64,000 nt of DNA from Octopus sinensis (Eukaryota). Both the position numbers and the translations under genes were made by a program. Under the pieces are notes generated by a model. The model made no database searches and was not told the origin of the DNA. It worked only from the letters and a program-made list of their open reading frames with translations. Shown here one piece after another: positions 1-13,513 of this stretch; positions within the stretch are counted from its first letter, which is position 1; every line of letters starts with the position of its first letter. The DNA lies in the NCBI RefSeq assembly GCF_006345805.1, contig NC_043001.1:72540001-72604000 (forward strand), read 5' to 3'.

Positions 1-19
1 GACAGACAAACATAAACAG

Positions 20-470
20 GGGGAAGTAGCTTTAAACGATTAAAAATAAACAATGATTATCATACAGATGAGATTAAAAATGAATACATTGCTAAAAGCA
101 ATATTTAACACGAAGGAAAGGCATCCTACAGCAGAGTAGAAACTTTGCTTACTTTCCGTGGCTCCGCTCACTTGGTGCTAGTTACTCCCAGTTTTCTCTC
201 CACAAGCTTCCATCTTTTTCTGAATTTTTCACGTGACAGGTACCTCTTCTCCAGCCTGATCTTACTGCTGAGGTGGTAACTAAAAAAGTTGACCAACCTC
301 TGGCCAGATACGGAGCTACCTGTCACAATCCCTTTCAACCGCGTCTTCCATACTCTTTCTTTCAATATGGCCACCACGCAGAAAAAAACAGGCCTTCCTC
401 TCCCCGCTAAGGGAAGGAGGCGTCACAATCTCGATGATGTACTCAGCTGATAGCTGTACTCTTCCCATCG
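20..470 (-). mobile_element. 3' end of an L1/Tx1-like LINE ORF2 plus 3' UTR (fragment)
   Basis: Minus-strand translation RVQLSAEYIIEIVTPPSLSGERKACFF..VVAILKERVWKTRLKG...FFSYHLSSKIRLEKRYLSREKFRKRW resembles the post-zinc-knuckle C-terminus of Tx1/L1 ORF2; ORF 168..377. Confidence 0.55.
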
Positions 471-1123
471 AGGACAACATTTGCTACTATTGAGGTGGGT
501 AGGATTTCTGAAGCTCATAGTCTTAGGATCTAGCGGGTGAGGTTGGGGTCCAGATGAATAGTTCGTAGAGCTCACAATAAGGTGGCTAAGTTTGCGTCTA
601 ATGGAAGAGGCAGTTATAGATCCCAAGTTTGTTGTTGTAGTGTACAAGATTTTAAGATTTGTTTATGGTGTGGAGGGAAATTGAAACTTAGGATTTTGAA
701 AAGTAGCTTGGATAGAGATTTAACCTGGAGAGAGAATGGTGGTGCAGGGTATAAGATATTCTGCTTCTTCCCTTGGAGGACTTAGAACGCAGCGTAGTGT
801 CGGGTAGGTGACCCAGGCGAAGCTGGAGATAATTCAAACGCCGTAGCGGCCGGAATACCCGTCGAGTACTGGCTGCAGCGGAATTCTGTTGGAGGGTGAT
901 GTGGATGGGTAGAGGCATGCCTAGTGGTCTTAGATCCTGCCATTAGTGGGATAGTAAGTATATTTCAAACTCAAATCTAGCCGCTTTTTCTGGATTTGGT
1001 TCTGGAAAAGCAGCAGCGAGTTGTTTCTCAACGTAATGTAGATTCACTCGTTCTCAGTGTATGTATGTATGTATGTATGTATGTATGTGTATATAAATAA
1101 TATATATATTTCTATACACACAC

Positions 1124-1192
<69 letters not shown>

Positions 1193-2111
1193 TATATTAT
1201 TATATATATATATATATGAGTTTAAGGGAAGATTCCTACAGCTATTAATACTAAGCACCCATACCTCCTAAAAACACTTTATTCATTCAGTGTGTAGATT
1301 CCCTCAGTTTCACTTTGAAACGCGTGTAGGTTCAGAAAAGGATGCCGTAAATAACCGTTAAATAAAATTATGGATGTGAAAAATCTCCAGTCTCCCCATC
1401 ATTATTGATACTATTACTTACTCTACAGAAATTATGCAGTCCTGAATAGGACACTGGGATTTACCAAGCGAGAATAGTTACCAGAACCTAGTAACTTATT
1501 GTTAACTAGGGCATCACAAAAGGACCATTGTGGTTAGCCGGCATCTGAAACTGAATTAAGGGGAAACACGGTAACCGCCAGGATAATATATCCCTTTACT
1601 CTCATTTATAGATATATACATATATATATTTTCTTATACATACAAATATGCATACATTCTGTTTTTGTGTGACATAACTTCGCCATACATTGAGTCACAC
1701 AGATCCTACATCCAGGATTCGAATGCGCAAACTGCTCGATATGCTTTTTCCTTTTTCACCTTTTTCACAAATTTTTTCCTTTTTCACAAATTTTGCGGCA
1801 AAATGAATGGATTTTCAGATTTTGGTTTTTTTTTGGGGGGGGGGGGGCATCTGGTATGAACTATTACAGATGTCTACACATTTGGAAACTTCAGGTGATG
1901 ACTTTCAAGGTTGGTCGCATGCATTTGCGTAAGTGTGTGCGGTGATCCGTGATAAAAATCCTCTCCGAAACAGAATTTCACACAAAGACGTCACTCTGAA
2001 ATCTTTCATTGTTTAACTTACAACAAATTGCCGAGTGCACTGAACATGGGTTCGCTTCAGCAAGTGTGGATCAATGACAAACTGACATGTCATGGAGTTA
2101 TTATTAGACTG

Positions 2112-2173
<62 letters not shown>

Positions 2174-2227
2174 AGACACACACACACACAGACACACACA
2201 CACACACACCACACACAGACACACACA

Positions 2228-2327
2228 NNNNNNNNNNNNNNNNNNNNNNNNNNNNNNNNNNNNNNNNNNNNNNNNNNNNNNNNNNNNNNNNNNNNNNNNN
2301 NNNNNNNNNNNNNNNNNNNNNNNNNNN
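2228..2327. other. Assembly gap (100 N)
   Basis: Run of N between a (CA)n tract and a GA-rich tract. Confidence 0.99.
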
Positions 2328-5277
2328 AGGGGGAGGGAGCTGAGGGGGAGGGGGGAGGGGGAGAAGGAAAGAGGAGAAGAAGAGGGGGAGGAGGAGGGGA
2401 AGGGGAAGAAGGAAGGATAGGAGAAGAGGAGGGAGGATAGAGGGAGAGGGGGAAAGAGAAGAGTAGTGAGAGAGCAGAGAGAAAGAGGGAAGGGCAAGAG
2501 GGAAGAAGAAAGAGGGAAGAAGGGAAGAGGAGGGAAAGGGAGTAGGGGTGAAAAGATGAAGGACTGAAGAGAAGTAGGGGTCGGGAGGAGGTTAGATGAG
2601 GAGGGGGAGAGGGGGGTTAGATTGGGAGGGGAGAGAGTTGAGACCAAATGGCGTAAAAGAGCGAAGAGAGAAGATTAATTTCTGTTCACGGCGCAAACAG
2701 GAATCCGGATGGCCTCTGTGCAAGGACAAACCGAACACAGACAGGTGTTGCAAGGAGTGACCGGTGGAGCGGAAATGGCGTGAGACCGGTGTGTCGTTGG
2801 CAAGGCGGATGTCACGGAGGTGTTCCGCGAACCGGTCAGCCAAGCGGCGTCCCGTTTGTCCGATGTACAGGGAATGGCAGAGAGAGCAAGAGACGCAATA
2901 GATGATATTGCTGGAGGTGCAGGTGAGGGAATTTATGATGCGATAGGGTCGATGATGGGTGCCAGTGAGGAGGGTGGTGTTGGAGAGGTAAGGGCAAGTG
3001 CGGCAACGTGGGCGGGAGCAGGGAACGAGCCAGGTTGGGAGGTAGGGTCAGGGAAGGAGTTATGGACCAAAAGGTCTCGTAGGTTATGGGCTCGTTTGAA
3101 GGAGGGGAGGGGTAGGTTAGGGAAGAGGTGTGAAGTAGACGGGTCGGACTGGAGATGCCGGAAAGCTCGAAGAATGGTGCGTTGGAGAGGTAGGGTCGTG
3201 GGGTGGTAAGTGAGGGGAAAAGGGAGGCGGGAGACTATAGGGCGGGTTTGGGGAGAGAGAGCAGATGCACGGTCTACGGAACGTGCTCTGGCAAGGGCGG
3301 TGTGGATAGTGGTGAGGGGGTATCCACGTAGGATGAAGTGGTGAACCATACGTTGAGACTGAGTCTCATACAGAGCCTACGTAGACGGAGGAATTGGGAA
3401 TAGGGGATGGAAAGCTTGGTGTGTTTTGGGTGGGAGGAAGAGAAGTTGAGGTATGAGTGTGAGTCTGTGTGTTTTTAGTGATGGAGGTGGTAAGAGTGGA
3501 GTGATGAATGCTGACCGAAATGTCGAGGAAGGAGACAGAGGTGTTGGAGATAGTGGAGGTGAAGTGGAGGGCTGGATGGAAGGATTGAACGAAAGAGAGG
3601 AAGGAATCTAGATCTTCAAGGGAGAGTGAGGTGGCACCGATAATGTCGTCAATGTAACGACCGTATAGTTCAGGAGTGGGACCAGTGAAATTAGAGAATA
3701 TTTGGGCCTCAACATAGCCAACGAACAGGTTCGCATAGTTGGGGCCCATTCGCGTTCCCATGGCCACTCCCGAGAGATCTGTTGGTAGAACTCACCCGTG
3801 AACGAGAAGCAGTTGAGAGTAAGGACAAGTTCGGCCAGACGAATGAGTGTGGAGGTGTCAGGTTCAGGGTTGGGCGGAGGTTAGAGAAAGTGTTGAAGTG
3901 CCGCCGCAGTCCTTCGTGGGTGAGGGATAACGGGTGTAGAGGCTCTGGATGTCCATAGTAAAAAGGATTTTGGAGGAGCCGGGAGGAAAGGAGAAAGAGT
4001 TGAAAAGCCGGAGAGCATGGTTGGTATCGTGGATGTGGGAGGGAAAAGACGCCACTAGGGGGGCAAGGACACGGTCGAGGTATTTAGAGATGAGCTCCGT
4101 GGGGCAGTTACAGGCGGAGACGATGGGGCGGCCAGAGTTGTTGGGTTTGTGGATTTTGGGGAGGAAGTAAATGGTGCGGGTGCGTGGGGTTCGCACAATT
4201 AGGTTGGATGCGGTGTGGGGGAGACGGGAGGACGAGATGCGGTCGTGGACAGTAGAGGATACCGTCTGTTGGTAGCTACGTGTGGGGTTAGAGGACAGAG
4301 GGGAGTAGAAGGAGGTGTCATTGAGTTGGCGGAGAGCCTCGGCCCTGTAGAGGTCCGCGCACCACACCACCACAGCTCCACCCTTGTCAGCCGGTTTGAT
4401 GATAATGTCAGCGCGCCGTTGGAGGGAACGAAGAGCCTAGAGCTCGGCCGGGGAAAAGTTGAGGCGGCGGTGGCGCCTGGAGAAGTTGAACCGCTCCAAC
4501 GCACGCTGACAGGCGCCTGTGAAAAGATCCACTGCTAGGAACTGGCCGGGGGCAGGCGTCCACGGGGATGGTCGGCGGCCCAGGTCAGTGTAACAGTCCT
4601 CATCGTTGGATGCGGGTGGTGAGTCGCGGAAATGCGCACCCAACCAGACGCGTACAAAGCTGTGGACATCAGCTCGCGTCTGGAATTCCTTACAGGATGG
4701 AGTGAGGGGGATGAAACGCAGACCCCTACTAAGGACGGAGCGTTCCGCCGCAGAGAGGGGAAGATCGGGGGGAATGGTAACAACAGACGGAAGTGGAGAA
4801 GGGGTGGGTGGAATAGAAGTATGAAGGGTGGATGGAATGGGAGTAGGAGTAGGAGTGGTGGGAGGTGGTGGTAGGGCTGGTGGAGGTGAGGTTGGGGGGT
4901 TGTGTGGGGGGGGTTTTGGGAGGGGCAGTGGGGATAGGGGTGGTGTGGATGAAGCCTATCAGGAGGGGAGAAGGGTAGTGGAGGGAGGAGTTGGGGGGTG
5001 GTGGCGTCGGGTGGGTGGGAATTGAGGAGTGATTGGAGTTTACGAAGTTGGTATTGGAAAGAAATTAATGGAAGAGGTGATTCAAATGGATAATGAAGCG
5101 TAGCGTGTTTGGAGCATAGAAAAGCGGCAGAGAGGAGAAAAATATGGAGAAAGCAGGAGGGAGAAGGCGGTTGATGGTATGTAGTTTAGAGACATTGGAG
5201 CGAATGGTGGCCCGCATAAGGCGGTAAGATATGGTGCGGAGTATGGGTAAGATGGAAGAAGCCGAGTGGAGAGCAGT
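2328..5277 (-). mobile_element. Penelope-like retroelement (RT + C-terminal GIY-YIG endonuclease), frameshifted
   Basis: Successive minus frames give VLSRGLRFIP, YFLPKIHKPNNSGRPIVS, LFTMDIQSLYT, AMGTRMGPNYANLFVG, YGRYIDDI, FLDISV and GIY-YIG YCISCSLCHSLYIGQTGRRLADRFAEH...REQKLIFSLRSFTPFGLN. A CT-rich 3' region runs into the gap. Confidence 0.93.
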
Positions 5278-6142
5278 GTTGCCATAGTAACGAAACTAAA
5301 GCACGCAGAGTAAAGCTACTTAGCACACATTGACCTTAAACTCTGTTGTGCAGGTGCGCTAAGTTTTAACGTTCTAATTAACTCCCGCTGTTTACAACAA
5401 TGCTTGGGAGGAAGGTGTGTAACGTGTGATCGTCGCATTGACCATGACAAAGTTGAGCAGAGAATCTGCATCAAATTTTGACAAAAGTTTGGCAATACCT
5501 GTTGAGAAGCTTACGCAAAGTTTTCAAAAAGTTTTCATTGTTCTCGACATAATCAAGGAAACCTTGTGCAACTGAAACCCGAGTGTCTTTTTGGTAAGCT
5601 GAAAGCAGTTTTGGCACAAACTTTCCGGACACGCGTCTCATACCCAAATCTTCAGTGATAAAGGATTGAACTGAACTGTAACTAATCTGCACATCCTCTG
5701 ATAACTCACGGATGTTAATTCGACGATTTCCCTTCACAGCTGCACGCACATCAGCGATGTTTTTCTCAGTGCTGCTGGTTGCTGTCTCCCAGAACGTTCG
5801 TCAATATCGACATTTTTTCGGCCATCTTAGAAACGTCGGAAACCACTCGTACACTTGTGTGCAGCTCATACACCCTTCTCCATACTCTTCCTGCAACTTT
5901 GTGTAGGCCTCTGAGCAGGTATCACCATGACAACTTTCTTTGTCAAGGTCGATGCGACGATCACACGCCACACACCTTCCTTCCAAGCACTGCTGTGAAC
6001 AGCAGAATTGATCTAGAATGTTAAAACTTAGTGCGCATGCACAGTAGAACTCACAAACAATTTTTGCCGAGCGACTTTACTCTGCGTGCTTTAGCTTCGT
6101 TAGTATGGCAACAGTCCGGATACTTATTGATCAGACTTAGTA
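5278..6142. mobile_element. Mariner-derived fold-back element (two 5' ends head to head, no DDD domain)
   Basis: 5278-5520 is an inverted copy of ~5890-6112. The plus arm encodes KVEQRICIKF; the minus arm encodes TQVYEWF, RRINIRELSEDVQIS and LGMRRVSGKFVPKLL (mariner HTH and linker). TIR-like end agtccggatacttattgatcagacttag + TA at 6113-6142. Confidence 0.85.
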
Positions 6143-7254
6143 TGTATGTACATGTACTCTACATCAGTAAATAATTGACATCCTTTGCTTAACAACCAAA
6201 ACATCGAGATATATGTCTGCGTGTGAGTGTGTGTGTGTGTATGTGTGTGTATGTGTGTATGTTTGTCTCTGTGTGAGTGTATGCATACATGTATATGTAC
6301 GTATTATGTATGTGTATCTGTATAATCTTAATATATAAAAGTTATAAGGTAGGCGACCTTTTCTAATAACTTTAATATATTTACAACGAAGAATATAACC
6401 ATACAGAAGTATTTTGGTAAGGAGAGAGAGGGGGGAGAGAGAAAGAGAAAGAGAGAGAGTATACCTTTTAAGTTATGGAAGGAAACTATTCCCACCAACC
6501 AGTCGTCATAATATGCATTGGTATTGACTGCCTATTTATCTATGTATGCATATAAATGGAGGAAATTATTTTTGTATGTATAAAAAAACAAGAAATTGTT
6601 TCTGAATGTTTATTATCTATGGACGGAAATTGATTTTGTCAATTAAAAATCTTCAAACTCTTAAAAGACATCTCCATGTTAGATGTCTGTATGGTCTTTA
6701 TTTAAATGACAGCAGGAAAAACAATAAAATGATTTTTCTTTTTCATGAATAATATAAATGTACAATTCGTTTTATTCCACATCGTACTATATACAGTTCA
6801 ACTCACTTCTCTAAGATAGTTGTGTATACATGTATGAATATAAATATGTCTGATTAAGTGGTAAAGGTGGAAGAAAATAAATACGGCCTATTGTTTTCTG
6901 TATTCGTATTCACTGCATACTTAACGTCTTCTGCTCGTGTTTTATAGTCCTGTGTTAGTTTCGGATATTTGTTACCTGAAAATACAAATTTTACATGGTA
7001 CAAACTTACTTGAATATCACAGTTTTCGTAGTATGAAGCGCCTTGAATATCACTAAGTAAATTTGACCTGAACTACAAACATATTTTAATTTACTGGTAA
7101 AATTTTCGCTTTGGGCTACTCTTTAATATGAGTTTTTCTCATTTTTTTTTGAAAATTTGGAAATTTTTAATGAAATTGAATTGGAAACCATGCTGCGCAG
7201 CAAACAGCGAAGTGCTCTAAATACCTGTAAAATTGGCCAGTTTATATCTCAAAT

Positions 7255-7545
7255 GTTTGGTTCAAATTTTGGCACAAAGTCAGCAAGTACGTGGGCGGGA
7301 TTACATCGACCTCAGCAGTTAACTGGTGCTTATTTTATCGACCCCGAAAGAATGAATGGCAAAGTCGTTCTCGAAGAAATTTGAACTCAGAACGTAAAGA
7401 CTGACGAAATACCGCTAAGCATTTTACCAGGCGTGCTAACGATTCTTAAAGGCGAAGTCGACCTTGGCGGAATTTTAATTCAGAATGTAAAGATGGACGA
7501 ACTGCCAATAAGCATTTTACCCGGCATGCTAACGATTCTGTCGGT
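7255..7545 (-). mobile_element. tRNA-derived SINE (Nin/Deu-domain type), one copy plus a tandem partial copy
   Basis: Reverse complement matches the gaatcgttagcacgcc...gttctgagttcaaat...ctttcggggtcgataaa family seen at 30897, 34420 and 49213. Confidence 0.8.
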
Positions 7546-7619
7546 TCGTAGTCCTTTTCGTCTCAAATATTAAGAAATATCCGAATCCAGGTTAAAGTTA
7601 GCTGGATTGCAGCTCGAAC

Positions 7620-10450
7620 AGCACTGTTTCTTCCATGGGTAGCTCTGTGAGAAGACTAAACAATCCTTGCCTAAACGCAATAAATGAGGAAAAATACCTT
7701 GTTTCTCACAAAGTCTTTAATTCATAATGAGCCGTTCTTTGTAAATTTATATTTTTAAATTCCTATATTTTACGAATGCCGAATAACTGAAGGAGATGGT
7801 TTTAAACAATACTTATATATTTTGGGAAACATAGATATATTAATTTCCTCTGCTGTTTACAAGTGTTTGTGCCTAAAACAGTTAAAATTTCTTACTTCTA
7901 TCGAGGAAGATTAAACAGAACATTCTTTTAAGCTACTATTCTTGAAAGACCCGAACGGTAAAAGATTCCAGGATTTCTGAATCGGAGGAAAAGGCTCAAA
8001 ATGCTGTCAACGAATCACAAAAGGAGTGCAATAACTAAGGATTATGGATCAGAATAACAAAGAACAAAAAAGCAACAGAAATAAAAGGAAAAATGTCAAG
8101 AAGAAAGATGGAATTGCCTTCAAGAAACCAAGAATCACTTCTTTGAACAACCAGAGGTGGAGAATAGCAAGTTAAAAGAAAAAGCAGACTTCGAATATAA
8201 AACTTAGATTATGGAACTTATCCAGTTGGATTATGTCCAAATGCAATGGTAAAAGTTACTGCTCCCTTTCCCCTTCTTTCTTCTCTTCTTTCTCCTCTTC
8301 TTCCTTCTCTCCCTCCTCCTTCATATTTTCCTCTTCTTTATTTTTGTCTTTCTATCTATTTTACTTATCCTTTTCTTTGTATTTATCTGTCTTCTCTCTC
8401 GTCTGATTCTTTACTCTTTCCTCCTTTTCTTGCTCTTGTTCCGATTCTTCAAGTATTATAACCATTGCTCTTGTTCTTACCTTTCCTTGGTCCCTATATT
8501 ATCAATCTCCATTTTGTCTTCTTTCTTCCCGATTTTTTTTGTCCTTTGACTACACGCATCTAAACAAATAGAAGCAGCCATGATTTTACCTTTTCAAGTC
8601 ATGAGAGGATACCACAACGGATTATATTTGCGGTGATATGCTTCTGAGACTGACCGATCGTATTTCTCAAGAATTATGTCTCCTCTATAAAACTCATGCC
8701 TAACAATTGGAATGTCAATCTCACTGCTTAAGCAATTGTTGAATGGAAAAACAGCAGAATCATAAGACTTCTTTTCTGTACCAAGATACAACTCTTGCTT
8801 TGAAATGATTTCTTTCATTATAAGATACCGGGATCGATAAAGGAGGATGGTTGCCACATTTAAAATACAGGGCAGATTTATCACCACTCAAAGTAATATT
8901 ATCCATTTCCGACTGCTAATCACATATACTTGCAGAAAACGTAATGCGTCGCAGACGAGAATAAAGAAGGGAAACTGTAACACCATTCTTAGTGTTTTGG
9001 AGAAATTTCTATTTGATATTCAGAGCAAGTCATATCAAAATAGTGACTATGCAATGAAAACATGAATGGAACTGACAGTGAAGTTTTAGAGAACATGAAC
9101 ATGGTTTTAATGCGATTAATTTTGTAGTTGCCTTTCCAATTTTTGGACAAGTGCTTCATAAAAAGACAAAAATACAGAAACGTGAAGAGGTTCTCTTCAG
9201 TTTCATTTGGCAATGATCAAACATCAGCTAACAATTTATTGCCTGAAATAATTACAAATACCACCTCAGTGTGGACATTAGGCTCAAGATGCACATGAGA
9301 TGGTGGCTAAAGTACACCCAAATATCCATCTCAGCTTCAACGATGGTAAATAGATTCAAGAAAGAATTAAATAACCATGATAAATGAAACAGTAAATGAT
9401 ATTAATTTTATGTTTTTGGATCTTGAAAGTCTATAATATATAAACTTTTGAGCTCTGTGGAAAATTCCTCTGAATTGCCGAATTATCACATCAAGCTTTT
9501 TAATATTCATCGAATCTTTCTGTAATCGCACCACATCGGCTAATCTTGAAGAAAAGAGCCCTCACAATTATTCTTAGAAACCTACAAGCTCATCGAGTTG
9601 GCAATGGCACTCACTGTATGAAAAAGATAAAGGCGGCGAACTGTCAGAATCGTTAGCCTGCTGAACAAAAAGCTTAGCGACATTTCGTCCATTTGTACGT
9701 TCAGAATTCAAATTCCACCGAGGAATTTCATCCTTTCGGGCTCGATAAAATAAATACCAGTTGGGCACTTGGGTTCATATAACCAACTAACCACCTCCCC
9801 CTAAATTGCTGGCCTTGGGTCAAAATTTCAAATCAATATATAAGGAAAATACTTCCACACGTCATAAAGGCAATGATGTTGACAAGTTATGCTAAGAGGA
9901 AATATGTCCTCATTCCAAGAGTTCCCTTGATCCCAACGGACGTGTCCTTCGAAGTTTAAACCACTTCAGCTTCCATTACCCCATTCAATTACAATGAACA
10001 TCAAAATGGCACAAGGACAAAGTTTTTGAGTTGCTTGGAATCAATTTGAAATTACATTATTTTCTCCATAGACGTTGCTTCTTCAAGCGTTCAGAAAAGC
10101 AGAAATTTGTTCATTTTAGCTCCCGGCAGAAAAATTAAGAATATTATACAGCCCAAAGCACTGCAACAGAAATTAGAAAATGTTACTGATTATAAAATTA
10201 ATTTATTTAGATTAATTATGTAATTACAGATTTTTTAAAAATCATTTTTTCCTAAAAAAATTTTAAGAGTACTATTATATTTCACGTTCTATATTCATTT
10301 TTTAAAATTTTGTGTATATTTATGAAGCTCAAATCGAACTATCTGATTTGCTTGGATGCAAAAATTCCAAGAGAATCATCATCCCAGAAAAACAAAGATG
10401 GTCAACAACTTATTAAAACAATTTATCCAAACTATCATGAAATCATATTA
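7620..10450 (+). mobile_element. Possible highly decayed DNA transposon (Chapaev-like?), interrupted by a CT tract and a SINE
   Basis: Coding-like composition with a GIDKGG motif near 8827-8845 and CACTG at ~7622; no matching right TIR found. Confidence 0.25.
9630..9835 (+). mobile_element. tRNA-derived SINE (Nin/Deu-domain type)
   Basis: ggcggcgaactgtcagaatcgttagc...ttcaaattcc...tttcatcctttcggg. Confidence 0.8.
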
Positions 10451-10689
10451 TTGAAATAATCTTATATATATTATATACGTGGTAGATAATATCATATTAT
10501 ATTAGTTTCAAATGTTGGCACAAGGCCAGCAATTTTTCGGGACGGGGTGAGCCGATTACATCTACTCCAGGGCTCAACTCCGAAAGGATAAGTCGCTTTT
10601 ATCGACTAAACCTTTCAAGCGGTGCCCCAGCATGGCCGCAGTCCAATGACCGAGACAAGTAAAAGAATATATATATATATATATATATA

Positions 10690-11043
10690 CTCTTTTACTC
10701 TTTTACTTGTTTCAGTCATTTTGACTGCGGCCATGCTGGAGCACCGCCTTTAGTACTTATTCTATCGGTCTCTTTTTTGCCGAACCGCTAAGTGACGGGG
10801 ACGTAAACACACCAGCATCGGTTGTCAAGCAATGCTAGGGGGACAAACACACACACACACACATATATATATACATATATACGACAGGCTTCTTTCAGTT
10901 TCCGTCTACCAAATCCACTCACAAGGCATTGGTCGGCCCGGGGCTATAGCAGAAGACACTTGCCCAAGATGCCACGCAGTGGGACTGAACCCGCAACCAT
11001 GTGGTTGGTTAGCAAGCTACTTACCACACAGCCACTCCTGCGC
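10690..11043 (-). mobile_element. tRNA-derived CORE-type SINE (octopus OR-like), near full length
   Basis: Minus strand begins ggcgcaggagtggctgtgtggtaagtagc, contains tcttgggcaagtgtcttct, an internal (TA)/(TG) tract and an (agtaaaag)n tail. Nearly identical to 25578-25981. Confidence 0.85.
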
Positions 11044-11239
11044 CTATATATATATATATATATATGTATATCCTTTACTTGCTTCAGTCATTAGATTACG
11101 GCCATGTTGGGGCACCGCCTTGAAGAATTTTAGACGAGTGGATCGACTCCAGTACTTCCTATTTCTTTGCAAAGCCTGATACTTATTCTATCGGTCTCTT
11201 TTGCTGAATTACTAATACACACACACACACACACACAAA

Positions 11240-11301
<62 letters not shown>

Positions 11302-11709
11302 CACACACACACACAGACACACAGACAAAGACACAGACACACACACACACACGCACACACACACATATATATACACACATATATATAAATGCGCGCGTAT
11401 GTGTGCAATCAAGCATCCTTAATTTCAGATTAGTTTGTGCATGTTTTTCTTGCTGTAAAGCTCCAGGTCTGATCTGAAACCATTAAACCTATGCTCGACT
11501 TAGGTGCATCTATCCCTCGTTAACTCTGACAAAGTGTATGTTGGACTACATTATTTAACATGCTACTTTTGTATTGCCATTCTGTAACCTCAGAGTAGTC
11601 CTGATCCATCATATTTAATATTCAAAAGTGTTCTAACCATCAGTAGGCAGCCTTACAACCACATACTGGGTGATTTGGACTGCATTATTTAATATTTATT
11701 ATATATAAT

Positions 11710-12080
11710 AAATGCTTAGCGGCATTTCGTCTTTACTTTCTTTACGGTCTTTACGTTCTGAGTTCAAAATCCGCCGATGTCCACTTTGCTTTTCATCCTT
11801 TCGGGGGTCCTTAAAATAAATTCCAGTTGAGCACTGGGGTCGATGTAATCAACTTTTCTTCTCCCACGAAATTGCTGAGCTTCTGACAAAACGTGAATTC
11901 ATTTTTTACTAATTATCTAAGTACGGTTGCAGAACGGCCGAATGGTTAAGTATTCCGCTTCGCAGCCATAAGAGCCCAAGTTCGATCTATCTGCGTAATA
12001 TCATGAGTAAATGTCATTTAGTGTAGCCCCATATTTTGTGAATATTTAGACGAAAACTACGTTGAAGCCCGTCAGATGTG
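11710..12080 (+). mobile_element. Two partial SINEs (Nin-type, then a decayed CORE-type)
   Basis: aaatgcttagcggcatttcgtc...gttctgagttcaaa...tttcatcctttcgggg, then a decayed tRNA-like head at ~11925. Confidence 0.65.
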
Positions 12081-12234
12081 TTGTACTTTTCCTTTCAAAA
12101 AGTGCAGCTTGTGCCACACTGACACGGCCTCGGAACTGCATTAAGGAATACTCAACCACTTACACGTTAGTTCAATGAGTAGGTAATTCAGTGGATCAGA
12201 TAACAGAATCCTCATCGTCGATATCAGTGGAGAA

Positions 12235-12366
12235 CCAGCCAGCCAGCCAGCCAGCCAGCAAACGAACGAACGAACGAACCAACGAACCAACGAACCAACA
12301 AACCAACCAACCAGCCAACCAAACAACCAAACAACCAACCAACCAAACAACCAGCCGCCCGACCGA

Positions 12367-12405
<39 letters not shown>

Positions 12406-12745
12406 ACCAACCAACCAACCAACCAACCAACCAACTAACCAACCAGCCAGCCAACCAGCCAGCCAGCCAGCTAGCCGATTATCCCTGGATGTATGTATGT
12501 ATGTATGTATGTATGTATGTATGTATGTATGTATGTATGTATGTATGTATGTATGATGATGATGAATGCAACAACAGCGGCAATAATGAGAAAATTTATG
12601 ATCATGACGATGATGATGATTATAATGCTGATGATAATGATGATGACAACGATGATATTGACGACGATGACGACAATGATGACGAGGGTAATGACGACGT
12701 TGATGATGGCGATGATGTAATGAACACGATGAAGATGATGATGAC

Positions 12746-12806
<61 letters not shown>

Positions 12807-12859
12807 GTGACGATAATGATGATGATGATGATGACGATCATGACGATCATGATGATGAC

Positions 12860-12893
<34 letters not shown>

Positions 12894-12941
12894 GTGATGG
12901 TGACGATAATGATGATGATGATGATGACGATCATGACGATC

Positions 12942-12989
<48 letters not shown>

Positions 12990-13190
12990 GTGATGGTGAC
13001 GATAATGATGATGATGACGATGACAACGGTAATGACGACAATGACGACGACGACGCAGAACATGATAACAATGATGATAACGACGACGACGAAGACGACG
13101 ATGATATTGGCGATGATAATGACAATGATCATAACGACGATAATGACTATGATGATGATGACGATGATGGTGACGATACTTATATTTGCG
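12235..13190. repeat. Compound microsatellite block: (CCAG/CCAA/ACGA)n, (TATG)n, ~630 bp (GAT/GAC)n
   Basis: Directly visible; explains the poly-Met/Ile/Asp ORFs. Confidence 0.97.
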
Positions 13191-13330
13191 CTGTATTTGC
13201 TGTTGCTGCAGTTGTTGCTGGTCTGTTGATCACCGCTGTGACTGCTGCCAGCGGTTCTACTTGCTGTCGTCGTAGTCGTCGTCGTCACTGTCGTTGCTGT
13301 TGTTATTGTTTTTGAAGATGTTATTGCTGT

Positions 13331-13513
13331 CATCGTTATGTGTTAACGATGTTTGTTTTTGCCACATGTTACTCCATGTGACAGCCGAGCGTTGGTAACC
13401 AGCTCGGCTGGTTTGACTGATGACGTCAAAACAAGGTTTGACGTCATCACAGCTCTGCTGAGAAGGTAGGCATATGTTGACGTGTTGCCAGTGCGCAGCA
13501 GCACTGATGCGCA
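13331..13513. promoter_or_regulatory. Unique island of tandem short inverted repeats with two CRE sites and two E-boxes (candidate cis-regulatory module or structured RNA)
   Basis: TGACGTCA at 13421-13428 and 13439-13446; CACATG/CATGTG at 13363-13368 and 13375-13380; TGCGCA twice within 13492-13513. Function not shown. Confidence 0.4.

Noticed and set aside
470-1030. ORFs 423-647, 582-785 and 688-918 as a host exon
   Set aside because: No recognisable domain or splice evidence; more likely decayed retroelement sequence.
1218-1610. TA-flanked insert with GAAACGCGTGTA (1317-1328) as a hammerhead
   Set aside because: Only the GAAA/stem III half is present, with no CUGANGA or stem I; probably a pLTR fragment.
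12489-13333. 246-aa and 237-aa ORFs (poly-Met/Asp/Ile)
   Set aside because: Translations of (TATG)n and (GAT)n microsatellites; the same applies to all [12 protein letters not shown] and MYVC ORFs.
13417-13449. CTGATGA followed by a hairpin as a hammerhead
   Set aside because: No GAAA or NUH follows, and TGATGA is itself paired in the stem.
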